Assembly (NCBI GenBank): GCA_009103225.1
Contig: RHPI01002119.1
Span: 62,001-126,000 of the forward strand
DNA length: 64,000 nucleotides
Origin: Chlorokybus atmophyticus
Taxonomy: Eukaryota > Plantae > Mesostigma and Chlorokybus algae
Reading direction: 5' to 3'
Below the pieces are notes generated by a model, which saw nothing but the letters and a program-made list of their open reading frames with translations, did not search any database and had not been told where the DNA came from. Position numbers and translations under genes: made by a program. This document shows, piece by piece, positions 36,601-48,960 of this stretch (within the stretch, counting starts at the first letter, position 1; each line of letters begins with the position of its first letter).

Positions 36601-38021
36601 GGTGATGGGAACAAAAAAGGGGATGTGTATGCACTCATGCGAGGTGAAGAGGATGGTGTGACAAAGGCAATAGAAGATAGTGACAATGATGGTAAAGGGA
36701 GCGGTGTATGCAATGCAGTGTCATGACTAGGGGACACAAACCGCAATGCACGATTAATGCGTGCACGACCACCACGCAGACCAGGCCTACTAGCAGCAGG
36801 TGAAGGTTGCGTGCTCCTCTGCCCATTGCTCCCTCCTCCTTTCCTTCCTCCAATACCTCCACGGCCTTCTCCTCGGTTGAGCTGGGTGTAGTAGCCAGGG
36901 TAGGCACGAGCGGCGCTGCCCAGTATACGACCATCTGGAGTTGCAGCAGCATCCACCATGTCAAAACTGGCGGCTCACAAGGGCATGGGGAACAGCGTCA
37001 CGCCACGCCGGGCAGCCTGAGAAGCCGCCCTTCGCATACAGCGCCCTCAGCAACGGCCACCACCGCCGCCGCCGCCGCTAAGCCCAGCACAATACATATC
37101 ATGTCTTACTGCTTGCCTAGAAGGGATGTTGGCCCCAAAGCCTATCCCTGGTGCTGTAGCAGGCATCTACATAGCTCATTGCTGAAAACAGGTGACATGC
37201 CTGTCACCTAGTTTGCAAGCCCTAAACAATACATTACTACAGGGGTACAAGAGAGGTTATGGCAACATCATCACATAGCATAACCGCAGAGATTTCGGCC
37301 ATATGGTCACCTGTCTCCTGCGAAGAATAAGGTAGATGAAAATGTCCAAGCAAGGGAGGCCACATCCGCTAACACAGTCGGTGCAGCTGCGAATGTGGAT
37401 CACAAGAGCACATGTGGCAATAGCATTTGGCTGGAAAAAGTAAACCGATAAACGCTGATGGAATTTTGGTGGGTGAAGCGCACCAAAGTTAGGGGCGAAG
37501 TGACTGTATATGGGCTAATGATGATTGCGTAGGGCTGCTGCATCGCGAGGCTTTGGTTGTTATGAAAATAACGTATAGCATATGTCCGGATTGACTGTTG
37601 ACTCGAAGAAGAGCACATATATATGCTTGCATTGTGCACACTCATTCGGTAAGCCACACTTGCACCGGCCGAAACAACGGAAACGGTTGTTGTTGTTGTT
37701 GTTGACATTAGCATCATTAGCGCACTTTGCCTGCTAAGATTGCGGCGGTAAAATTGTCAATGTTCATTGTAGGGGCGTTGAAAGTCACGGCCAATTATGC
37801 TACACGAGCGAATACAAGAACAGAAGCATTGCATGAGTCAAGCGGAGCTTACGATGCATGTATGAGCACAATCACTGTCTGCACCTGGCCGGTGTGCTAT
37901 GGCAACCGCGAATGAACTTTGCATGCATGCAGTCTAATTACCCAAAGTGCATATGGGCTGTGTCATACGCCAATACTTTCCCACGAAAGCAGGCCATGTT
38001 TAATGAGGAGTGATGTCACAC

Positions 38022-38130
38022 TTATCTCACATGAGCAGGGAGTTGGCAACTTCTTGCTCATGTAAGATAATATACCACAAGTACATGACCATTAAGCTAT
38101 GGCAGCAAAAATAGCTGCCATAGCTTAATG
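38022..38130. repeat. Twin inverted repeats: a 23-bp stem (38022-38070) and a perfect 17-bp stem (38090-38130)
   Basis: ttatctcacatgagcagggagtt-ggc-aacttcttgctcatgtaagataa and cattaagctatggcagc-aaaaata-gctgccatagcttaatg. Confidence 0.95.
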
Positions 38131-38871
38131 CGGTAGCCGCGTGCTTTGCATGATTACATAGCTTATATAATCACATGATGGGGCATTCATTGCTAATTCC
38201 ATCTCCGAAATTTTACGTTTACCAACCTCAGTCCTAAGTGAAACCCCAACATTGCATAACACACGTGAACAATAACTGAAAATTACAACCAATCAACCTC
38301 TTGCACATTAAAAAACAAGCTTCATATTTGTGCTGCCCATTTGCAACATGGTAAGTTGTGTAAGATTGCTAAAAATTGTCGCTAGTTGCGCGCCGACGCA
38401 AACAGATGCTCCTAATGTTTTATTGCGTGATGATTTATTCAATCAAGTCGAGTTGTGACAATATATACGTACAAAAATTGAGTGTTGTGAATGGTGTTTA
38501 AATAGTTTAAATTATGCTTGTGCTTATGTTTATAAGAACATGCATGAGGAGGATCAACCTCCAAGGATTGTGCATATTATTCAATTAACATTGCAAATGA
38601 TTAAAATGATCCGCACACAAGCTTGCCGAACACTTGGTCCACAGTTGCTAATGCGCTGGCCCCTGCTGTTATAGCGCCGGATGACTTATCGTCTTTTCGA
38701 GGCATACATCGCCTTATTAAAACTCATGACACCCATGAGTGGCCCTTCCGTAGGGCCGGGAGGCTCCCATGACCATCATCAAATGCACACATGCTGCTGA
38801 ACGATGCAGAGGCTTTTGAATATACATGTTACATGCTTTTGCATAGTATCACATGGGCCCTGTAGCCCGTT

Positions 38872-40151
38872 TGTCACACGGCCAAGTTTAGTCATGTAAT
38901 AGTCTATTAATCAATTAAACATTTCGTACCTGTATAGTCTAATTGTATATGTATTGTATAGGTGTATAGGTTAACTTTACTTGTGAATGAATCCAACTGA
39001 ACTTGCCTGGTCCATCCATGTGAATTCATGGTTGAATGGTAGTGGTTCGACTCTATCTCATTAGTATGGGACTTTGAGTTAGATTAAATGAGTCGCTATA
39101 CTAGGTAGTGCAGAAGCGAATAGTAAAAGTGTTATACTTAGCTAAATAGGTGCCTGGTGAAGTAGCGACAATAGGCTAGTTACTACTTGGGCTTAGTTAG
39201 TAGTATGCCGCCGTGAATATATGATTTGATAAGTCACCAATTGTATTTCGTGAAGTAGAGTATGATGTACGTGAATCCAAGTACCTAGCAACATTCGCAA
39301 AAATGTCGCAAGCTGTCTTAAGTAATACGCGAATTGTATTTCATAAATAACAAGATGACTTAAGTGAATTGAGGTATCAAGAGATATTAAGAATATCGCG
39401 AATTCTCCCAAGTGCGAATGTCGTAATTAGTAGCTCGCAAGAATGTGTAAGGCATTGACAAGCAATCTTTACTATGCATGCTACAGGTGAGCTATACATC
39501 TTTTCATCACCGCAAGAGGATTATAGGGTGACGAAAAGACAGCCAAGTGATGAGAAGACACTTGTGAGAAAAAGGGTGTACTTAATGAGGGGAATAAGTG
39601 AATTATTGAAGTTGAGCTAATTGGAAAATTGGGTTCAACGCGACATTCGCGAAGTACAGTAGGGTAAGTTGCTAAAAACGCCTAAGGCATTAAGCGCACG
39701 TGCCGCGAGCACACGCAATTGTGTGCGACGCCGCGACCCATCATATGAAGTGGAATTTACTCCGAAACCCATTGGTGAGTAAAATTCGCCACTCACTTGT
39801 GATCCAAGTGTGAGCTACAAGGATGCCTATGAACTAAGCAAATAGTTGTGAATCAACTATGTTTATATAAGCTATAAATATGGGTATATCTCTTGTTTTC
39901 TACTACCGGGTGCCTTACCGCTATCTCTAAGTACTTAATTAAACTATATAGTGCAGTACCGTGTGAACTAATTAACATGATCTGATTATCAAAAGGTAGC
40001 AAGTATATGTGAATCACTCTAGTGAACTTAAGGGCACTAAGTGTTGGTAGCTTTTAAGCGTGAGTAAATGAACAAAGGAATCAAGTGATTCGTACAAGTT
40101 AATTCATATCAGTTCAAGGTCTATACAGTTTGAACCAAGTCAAGTGTGAAG
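38872..40151 (+). repeat. 5' LTR (approximate)
   Basis: Colinear similarity to 44338-45899. Ends GTGTGAAG, against the expected inverse of TGTCACAC. Confidence 0.7.
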
Positions 40152-41978
40152 CCACCTGGTATCAACGTGAGTTGTGCTAAGTAGTGAGGAACAGATGATT
40201 GACTTGAACCCTTGATTGGTAAGTTAAGGGCCACTTGTTACACCGTTCTAGAACTGGCACAAAACGTTTATGCCAGTACTGGCACTTGCTTATCTGGTTT
40301 ACACCCGAGTCCGATCGAAACTATCACAAAACGGCTTTTGCCAATACCGGTCAGTAATTGATACATACTGGTAAGTGGCTTAAGTGGTATATGCCATTAC
40401 TGGCAAGCCTGATACTGCGTGCCAGCACTGATATAAGATTATAATAAGGCATGCTGGACACAGTGCCAGAACTGGCACTGAAACCTACGTGCCAATGCTG
40501 GCACGGGCGATAGAGGTGCTGAGAATAGAGGTGACAATGCTGGCATATTGTCCATGCTCACGTATGTGCAAATACATGCTTGCACATGCAGGCACAAAGA
40601 TACAATTACAGAATAGTTATCAATTTCTCGCATGTGTTGAAATTCAACAAAACTAACAACAAACCACTCTAACACCAGCACAAACTCTGCTCAGTGTCGC
40701 GCTCCGAACTCACGAAGCTTGCAGACCCTGCCTAAGGACTTGGTGCGCCCCTTGCGCGCAAGCTCTAAAAACAACATAAGAGCCAACATCGGCAACAACA
40801 GCATGCTCGGCTCAACTATCAGCTCATTAGTTAACAATGATTCCAAGCGGCTGGTGCGAGTGCTGCCATGCCAGGAGGTTGAGTCATAGTACAGGAACCT
40901 GCTGCCAAGCGTTGTAGCATTACACACAACAGATGATGGCTTGTTGATGACGACAGCTCGCTTGCTGAGACCTATTCAGAGTGTGCTAAAGATGAGCAAG
41001 CAAACAGCGACGAGAGAGGTTTTTGTTAGTGCTCCTACCCAATGCAACAAACTTCCTAGCCGTGGCCAAGTTTGCAAAACCCACACAATTCACACCTTGC
41101 GCTTAGCCACTCGGCAGTTACACAATGAAGTGTCACATAGCTGAAGATAGTGTAAGCAAATGGCAAACAAGTGAACACTGCAGCAAAATAACATATAATA
41201 TTGCCAACCATTACATTTAAAGAAAAATGTAATTTAGACCAGCGACAACTGGTAACTTGCTTCTTTCAACAATTTGCACCACAGACTCATCAACAGTGCC
41301 AGACGTGAACCAATTCCTACCATTACAGAACAACATCGAACTGGTTACCAAAGTAGTCAATAGCAAGACATGTTTGGGGGGCACATTGCGCTCACTAGAC
41401 TCACATGTATGCAACAATGCAAAACAGAACCAAACTTACCATGCTGCAAACCATTAACGCAACCAACGAGAGTGCGATGCCCAGCTGAGCCTGTTCCACC
41501 ATAGCTGCGGCTAAGATTGCGCGGTTAGCAATTGGTGAGCCAACCGTTGAGCAGCAGAAGCACAAAACTGCTTGTATGTCAGCCGAGCTGCGCTAACTTA
41601 CGGTTATGGAGCTGTCTGCCTGTTTAAACCTCTTTAACCTTTGCCCGTTAACTGTGAGGTGACTTGAATAACATTGCCCTGACAAGCACTGACGGTTACA
41701 AGGGGCCACAAACAAAGCGGAACATAGCAGCCCATGAAAACGACAACCAAGAGGGTATCTCAATGTATAAAGTAGCTGTCTGCTTTCCAGATGTTCATGC
41801 ATTTCATGGCCAACAACCATGTTTTATCTCATGCGGAAACTTTACAGTTGCCAGGCATGCTGTCAGCATCTACAACAACTTATGCCACTAAAGCACCACC
41901 ACATCTACTTTACAGCTGCTGAGCAAGTTGATGAATTGAGCCCTTGCAGCAGGCACGCAAACGCACACACGCGCACAA

Positions 41979-42250
<272 letters not shown>

Positions 42251-42659
42251 GCCTGCCTTTTGGCGAGCTGTTTGACGCAAGGTGTCCGGCCGAGCTTGAC
42301 AAAAACAGGTTGTTTGAGTGGGCTACAGAGCGTCGGCAGCAACAGGCAGCATGCAGTAAGCTGCATGCTTGCGTCAAGCTGCTCGGCCGAGCAGCTTCAT
42401 GCAGTCAGCCACTACGTTGCTGCCTGTTTAAACGACATGGTCATTAATACCTTTGCGCCCGCCCACCCCACCCCGCCCCGCCAACCCGGCCTCGTCCACT
42501 GCTGAAACCTACGGCCACGACTCTTAATGCCCTAGCGATAAGCACTGTTAGTGTCTCGCTTACGGTAAGGATAGTAAGTCAGACTCAGTACTTTTTGGAT
42601 AAGCATTGAGTTAGTACTTATCCGACTCTTGAAACCGGATTGACCTCGGGTCTTGAAGA

Positions 42660-44165
42660 CCGCGGTCGAGAGGATCTAATACCTTGTGGGTTTTGTGCCA
42701 ATCTTAATATCCAAAAAACACTTGAACAAGTAAGTAGAACCCACTTCAAGTCGTGACCACAATCTGTGACCGAGAATGAATGCCGATGTTGAAAAGTATG
42801 TGAACTTATGTGACTCATGCCAAAGGAAGTAGCCTATAAAATGAGACCAAGTGCTTGGTTACCATCACTCCCTATTCCTAATACTTAGAGAATGTTTCTG
42901 TAGACTTTGTCACCGATTTCCCGAAGTCAAATACACACGAAGACCAACCTGACAAATAGTGGACACATAACTTTCCCTGCATCATGCATTTCTTGAAGCA
43001 ATTAGCAGTACGGAAACGAGGGCAACTTCGCGGGGCAGCCAAATAAGCTTGGTTGTGGTATCATTAAAAACTGGGTTAGTGGTTTATATATCATTATCTA
43101 ATCTTTCACCGCGCCATTTTTCAAGCCCGAACCTTACTTTGACACCCTATCTAGGACCTTAAATGTCCTCAAACTGACTTGTGGTCTTCATGTGTAAAAG
43201 CAATGAAGGGATGGTAGTCTTTGTGGGTAGGTTTAATAAGATGGTTCGTATTGAAGCCATTTCAAAGATTGTCGGTGCAATTGATCTCACTTGAATTTTC
43301 TTTATAAAGGTATGTGGGATGCATGGTTGGCCTTAACAGAAAGTATCCGCAGGGTAATAAGATTTACTAGTGCGTTTTAAGTTGGCAACAACCGAGCAAT
43401 TATATGAAGGCGAATTATGACTTGTCAACGGCCTAACACTTAAAAAACTAACCAATGAGCAAGCAGATAGGATGAACCAAATCAAAAAACATACAATAAG
43501 ACAATATGTAATAGGTACCCAAATTGATTTAGATAGAGATTTATTATTAATAGAATTTGCTATTACCAACTCGGGGCAAGAAAGCACCAACTTCACTTAA
43601 ATTAAAGTCCTATCCCGTGCAAATGGTAACTAGGACTATAGGAAGAGTGAACCCTGAAGCGGCCACCATTACTCAAGAAAGACAAAGGATTATGGCAATG
43701 GCAAAAAGGGCTTTGGCGGAAGCCCCCAATAGGGCAAAATACCACGCCGATAAAAAATGGCGAGAATTACAGTTGCAACCTGCACAAGTGTTGTTAAATG
43801 CAAAGCAAATAAGGTTGCAACAAAAAGGGTCTCTGGAACTCACCCTCCAATGGCAAAGCCCAGTCAAAGTAGTAAAGCATATAGGGACTGTAGCTTATCG
43901 GTCAAATTTGCCACGATCTATGAAGATACATAGTGTATTGAATGTCACGCTTTAGAACAGTACCGCTAGGATGGGAGGGTGCAACCACCGCCCCCGCCGA
44001 AAGTTGATGAGGACTTGAGTGCATACTATGAGCACTGCATAGTATGAGGTAGAGGCGATTTTTGCTAGTCACCAAACTACGAAACAAAAGTCTCCAGACT
44101 ACCTCATACGTTGGAAGGGGTATGGTTCTGAGCACGATATGTGGGTTTTCAAAGGTCAACTTTAA
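42660..44165 (+). pseudogene. Gypsy integrase and chromodomain remnants
   Basis: NLNIQKTLEQVSR...DVEKYVNLCDSCQRK, ENVSVDFVTDFP, QWQSPVKVVKHIGTVAYRSNLPRSMKIHSVLNV, and the chromodomain YEVEAIFASH...YLIRWKGYGSEHDMW. Many stops and frameshifts. Confidence 0.88.
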
Positions 44166-44337
44166 TGCCCGATAATATTTAATAAAGTTCCAAAAAAGAA
44201 CGATAATGTAAATCACATAACCTTCCAACCGTCCCGGAGCCGTTTACTTGAAGTAAATGAATCCATGCTTGTTGTAGACTGATCATCTATGTTGACAGGT
44301 ATGGAAGGCGAGACGCTTTAAAATCAGAAGGGAAGAT

Positions 44338-45899
44338 TGTCACGCGGCCAAGTTTAATCCAATGATAGTCTATTGATCAATTGGATATTGAGTTACATGT
44401 ACATTATATAATTGTATAGGTGTATGTGTGAACTAAACTTGTGAATTATTCCAATTGATATTGCATGATCCGTCTATGTGAATTAATGGATGACTGATGG
44501 TGGTGTGTGTGTCTGTGCAGTTGTGGGAGGCTATGTAGCTCACCCTTAGCGTGCATGCGTGGGATGTGCTACCCAATACCTTATGCATTCCGCAGATGTC
44601 GTAACTTACAACATTAGTACTTAAGACAATTTGCGACAATTTTGTGAATGTCTGTAGGTACTCCCATTCACCCAAAGCATTCTTTCAATTGGATACACAT
44701 GGTACTTGAGACAATTCGCGACAATATCGCGAATGTCGCCAGATACCTCAATTTACTTGAATCATACTTAGAGTTGCGAAATATATTTTGCGACTCATCA
44801 GTTCGTATATTCACGGCGCCATACTACCAACTAGGCCTAAGTAGTATTTTGCATATTGTCGCTAATGTACTACGTACATATTTAGCTAACTATTTAGCTA
44901 TTTAGCTAGCTATAATACGTCAAGTATAGCTAGCTATAATACGTTTTTGCTAATGCACTACCTAGTATCGTAGTGCCGCAAAACCTCTTCGTTAACGAAA
45001 TAACTCTACCCGAGTTCTTAACAAAAATGTTAGTATACGATCGGCGGCCATTGTTATAGTGGTATTGCACTAGAATGCATAATTACGCGGGGTTTTAGTA
45101 AAGATTCTACTGACTTTTTAGCCGCCGCTGGAATGAAGATATTGCGGCATTACGGTACAACAACTCATATAAACCACCTCAAAGTCTCATATCAATGAAC
45201 TAGAGATCTAACCACATTGGGATTTTATGTGATCCCAAAGACGTCTAAGTGATGAGAAGGCACTTGTGAGTAAGAATGTACTTACTGAGGGGAATAAGTG
45301 AATTGGCGAATATGGGCTGATTGGAAATTTAGACTTACCGCAACATTCGCAAAGTTCGCTAGGGTACGTTACGAAAAACGCCCAAGGCATTGGGTGCGCT
45401 TTGCTGCGACCCATAGCAATAGGGTGAATTTACCAAGACCCCCCCATCAATGGGTAAAATCCGCCACTTCCTTGTCACCTAAGTGTGAGCTACCAGAATG
45501 CCTATCAACTAAGCAAATAGTTGTGAGCTAAGTAGTTGGATATAACCCTCAAGTATGGGCCCCCATAGTATATATCCATTTTCTGCTACCGTGCCTCACC
45601 GCTATCTCCAAATACTTAGTCATAACTATGGTAAACAAACAGCTGATGAGCTATATGGTAAACTACCGTGTGAAGTAATTGTCGTGAGCTAATTATTCAA
45701 AGGTAGTGAATTATGAAACGAATCACTACAAGCGAATGCAATAGTATTAAATGCTGGTAGGATTAAAGGGTGAGTAAACGATTTAATGAATCCTATAAAC
45801 CAATATCTAAGTGCCGATGATTTGATTTTTGTATTAATTCACCAAATATTAAACACAATAGTTCAAGGTTTTAGATAGTAAACTAAGTCAAGTGTGACG
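44338..45899 (+). repeat. 3' LTR (approximate)
   Basis: Starts TGTCACGC right after the PPT, ends GTGTGACG, and is homologous to 38872-40151. Confidence 0.72.
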
Positions 45900-48113
45900 C
45901 CATTAGACATCAACGTGGGTTGTTCTCGTACCAGCCTCGCACTTCAGCAGCTGAAGGAAACAACGACATATGTCAATCATGGCAAAAAGTTAAGAAGTGA
46001 TACTACCTTGTAGTACATACTCTTACCACATTCATGCGCACATGTTTACTCGCAAGCACGCTGGCTACCTTCTAACAGGTTATCATCTTGTGCCTTGCTG
46101 CCTAAAATGACAGCACACTGCCACAAGAAGAAGGCGTTGTCAAGATAGCAAGGCCCACTTTGCAAACGACCAAGCTTATTGTACCTGCCAGCTCGTGAAG
46201 CAGGCAACATCCAACGTAATGCATGCAATTGCTTTCACCAAAACCGCTACCGCACCGCTGCCGCTGCCGCTGCCGCCGCCACCGCCATGCCGCCAATTAC
46301 ATATGGCAAGCCGTGACAGGCGAGTCGCGGCGCTTTTTTGAAACTCGCGGGCAATGGTAATGGCAGGGCGGTGGGGGTAAATGGCCGCTATGTCCGGCAC
46401 CGGGGGTGGCGCTGCGCCTTGCGTGAAGGACGCTAAGCTGCGGAGATAAGGCCGAAGATTAGCGGCGTGGTGGTGCACTGCCTCTGACGCAGCGGCAGTG
46501 CACTGCATCAGAGCTGCGCGCCAACAGCAGCAGCGTCCGCCTCGGCTTCAAGATAGCAGCACGAAAGCTCCCCAACAGGTGGAGCAGGAGCCGCTCAAGG
46601 ATGGGTTAACAAGCTTCTGTAACGCGGCCGTCGTCATCGGCGTGATTGCTGTGGTTTGTGGTGGATGCGCTGGTCGCAGTTGCATAGCAGCATCTTCCAT
46701 CACGCTTATAACGTGTCGGATGTGTGCGTGCTGTGTGTCGGTGGAATAAAGTCGATCCCGCGATGGCTAAGAGCGCATCGCTACGGAGTTGCATGAGATC
46801 CAAGTTCGCACGATTTTGAAGTTGCAAATTATGAACAAAGTAATTGATTGAAACTTTATTGTAACCAAGGTTGAAACTCGCCGCACAAGAGCGCGATTGT
46901 CGCAAGCCCTTGATGCGGACCTCGATCGTAAGGTTGATGGCGTAAGGGGAGATTTGCTTTGCAAGGAACTTCTTCCACCGGCGTCACTGTAAGCGATGGT
47001 AGATCCACCTTTTCAAAGAGACATGTCTATTCATTACATAATAATTTGTTGTTTTGTTTGTACATTACGATAGTTAAACCTGTATCGTATTCGTATATTT
47101 GTATCTGTATTATATTGTTGCACGATATCGTGCCATGCGACTTGCTAAAACACAAACGAAGAGACATGTTTAGTTGTTACATAATGATTCATCATTTTGC
47201 TTGTGCGTTACGGTAGTTCAGACCTGTATCGTATCATTATACTTGTACTTCAACTATATTGTTGCGCAAGTTTCATGACAAGTCGCATGACACACAAACA
47301 AAGAAAACAATTGTGTTATGTGAAAGGGTGCTTGTTTGGTTGTGCATGTTCCGCGGTATTATACACCTTCATGAGTACACTTCATGAGTACGCAAATGTA
47401 CGATAACGGAACCAGCAGCAGAGAGATAATTGCGTATGTACAATGGCGGTTGCGTGCTTGTAATCGGCTCATCCCCCCTCCCCCCCCTTCCAAGTCTAAA
47501 ACATATTATTGCAATTGCTGCTAAAAGTCTTGTGTTCAATACAAGTGCGCTAGCTCATGCAATGTTGCTAAGCGCGCGCACTAGATATAGCTATCTGCAT
47601 TGGGTGTAATAACTTTATCCAGCATTAATGCCATTTGTGTCGGCAATGTGAATAAACGTGTGGCGAAGGGTGCGCGCCTTGCGCATGCATGCATGCATGC
47701 ATGCGATGTCTCTGCATCATCTCTCGTACGCACAAGACAATACTTGGAAACAGCTAGCAAATGCTAATCTAACCACCGTTCTACTAAAGCACAAGCTAAC
47801 TTGTATATCTACCCCGTGATGATTGTGAATCCTTGTTGTAGTGTATACCAATGCAGAGGGGTGATGGTCGTGCATGCCATCCTCTGCTGGCAACAATTTG
47901 GCTGTGGCTAGGAGAGTTTCGCAAAGAACGCCTTTATAGCGGTTGACAGCGTGACGGCAATGCCGCAAGGGTAGGTCATCTACGAAGGTAGGTCATCCTG
48001 GTCTTGTCCTACCTGCTTTGCCATAGGCTTTGGCTAGATGTTCACCACTGTTCTTGATGGCCGGCACCTCGTTCTTGAAACCGTAGCGCTTTTAAGCAGA
48101 CACAGTAGAAGCA

Positions 48114-48960
48114 AATAAGTCGCATCCCAGTGTTGACGGCGGCGCGCACAACCCTTTGCAGCTGCCGTCCACGTCGACGATAGCGGATGCGGTTTCTTTG
48201 ATGTGCGCGCATGTGCGTGCGTGCATGCATGCATGCTTGCATGCCTGCCTGCCCACGTGCATGCATGCATGTGTGCGTGAATGTGTACATGTATGCACGC
48301 ACTTCCGAGCAAACACGCACATGCAACGTCGCTCATCCGCATTTGTACTCGTGCATAAGAGCACCTGTGCGCATATGCGCATGAGTGCGTGAATGTCTGG
48401 GCTACTACCACTGAACAATCATGCGACCACAGTGTCACCTTCCGCACAGCTAGCTCCGCTTGCTCGGCAGTGCTGCAGAGCAAAGGAACGCACGCGCGCA
48501 TGCATGCGCACACGAATATGCACATACAGTGTCTGCGCAGCAAGATACAAAAATTAAACATAAGAACATTTACAGGAGCATGCTTTGGTGCTCAACACAG
48601 CTTTCACAAGGGCCGTGCTCAATCACATGGAGAGCGAACAACCTCAAGCAATGTTGACAACACGGACTGAGTGTGTAGGATCATTAGCCCCAATCAGCAC
48701 TACGCACTTTCATTTTCGCTGTTGTTGTTGTCATCGCTGTTGCTGTTGACGCCGCCGCTGCGGGGCTGAAGCCGCGCAATGTGCGCCATGTGGCCTGAGC
48801 AGCAGCGCTTCGGCGCTGCTGCTCAGGCCACATGAAGGATGAGGAGGGAATGAACAACGATGACGACGACAAGGGCAGGGATGCCAGCGTCGCCGCCCTG
48901 CTGCTGAGCAACCCGCACAGCGACCAATGCAGCTCCCGCCGGCAGTCGCTCGTCCACCCA
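48114..48960 (-). pseudogene. Inverted, decayed partial duplicate of the UQCC1 5' region (exon 1, intron 1, start of exon 2)
   Basis: The minus strand aligns with ~61486-62490: gtcgctgtgcgggt(t/c)gctca, gctggcatcc(c/t)tgcc, caggccacatgg, intronic gtgaaagctgt.ttgagca.c.aagcatgc, tgtgcggaaggtg.cac.gtggtcgcatg, gtagcccagacat, tatgcacgagtaca; KKPHPLSS vs EKPRPLSS. Frameshifted. Confidence 0.85.
48787..48834 (+). ncRNA. Candidate small-RNA hairpin: perfect 22-bp stem closed by a c(UUCG)g tetraloop
   Basis: catgtggcctgagcagcagcgc-ttcg-gcgctgctgctcaggccacatg. The structure is certain; transcription and processing are untested. Confidence 0.3.

Noticed and set aside
46046-46964. GC-rich short ORFs right of the 3' LTR
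   Set aside because: No recognisable motif and no coherent exon chain, so left uncalled.
48722-48872. Extended lower stem (48722-48741 with 48853-48872) enlarging the UUCG hairpin
   Set aside because: The pairing is between (GTT)n-like and (GAC/AAC)n-like simple repeats common in this genome and is separated by a large asymmetric loop, so it is not counted as evidence.
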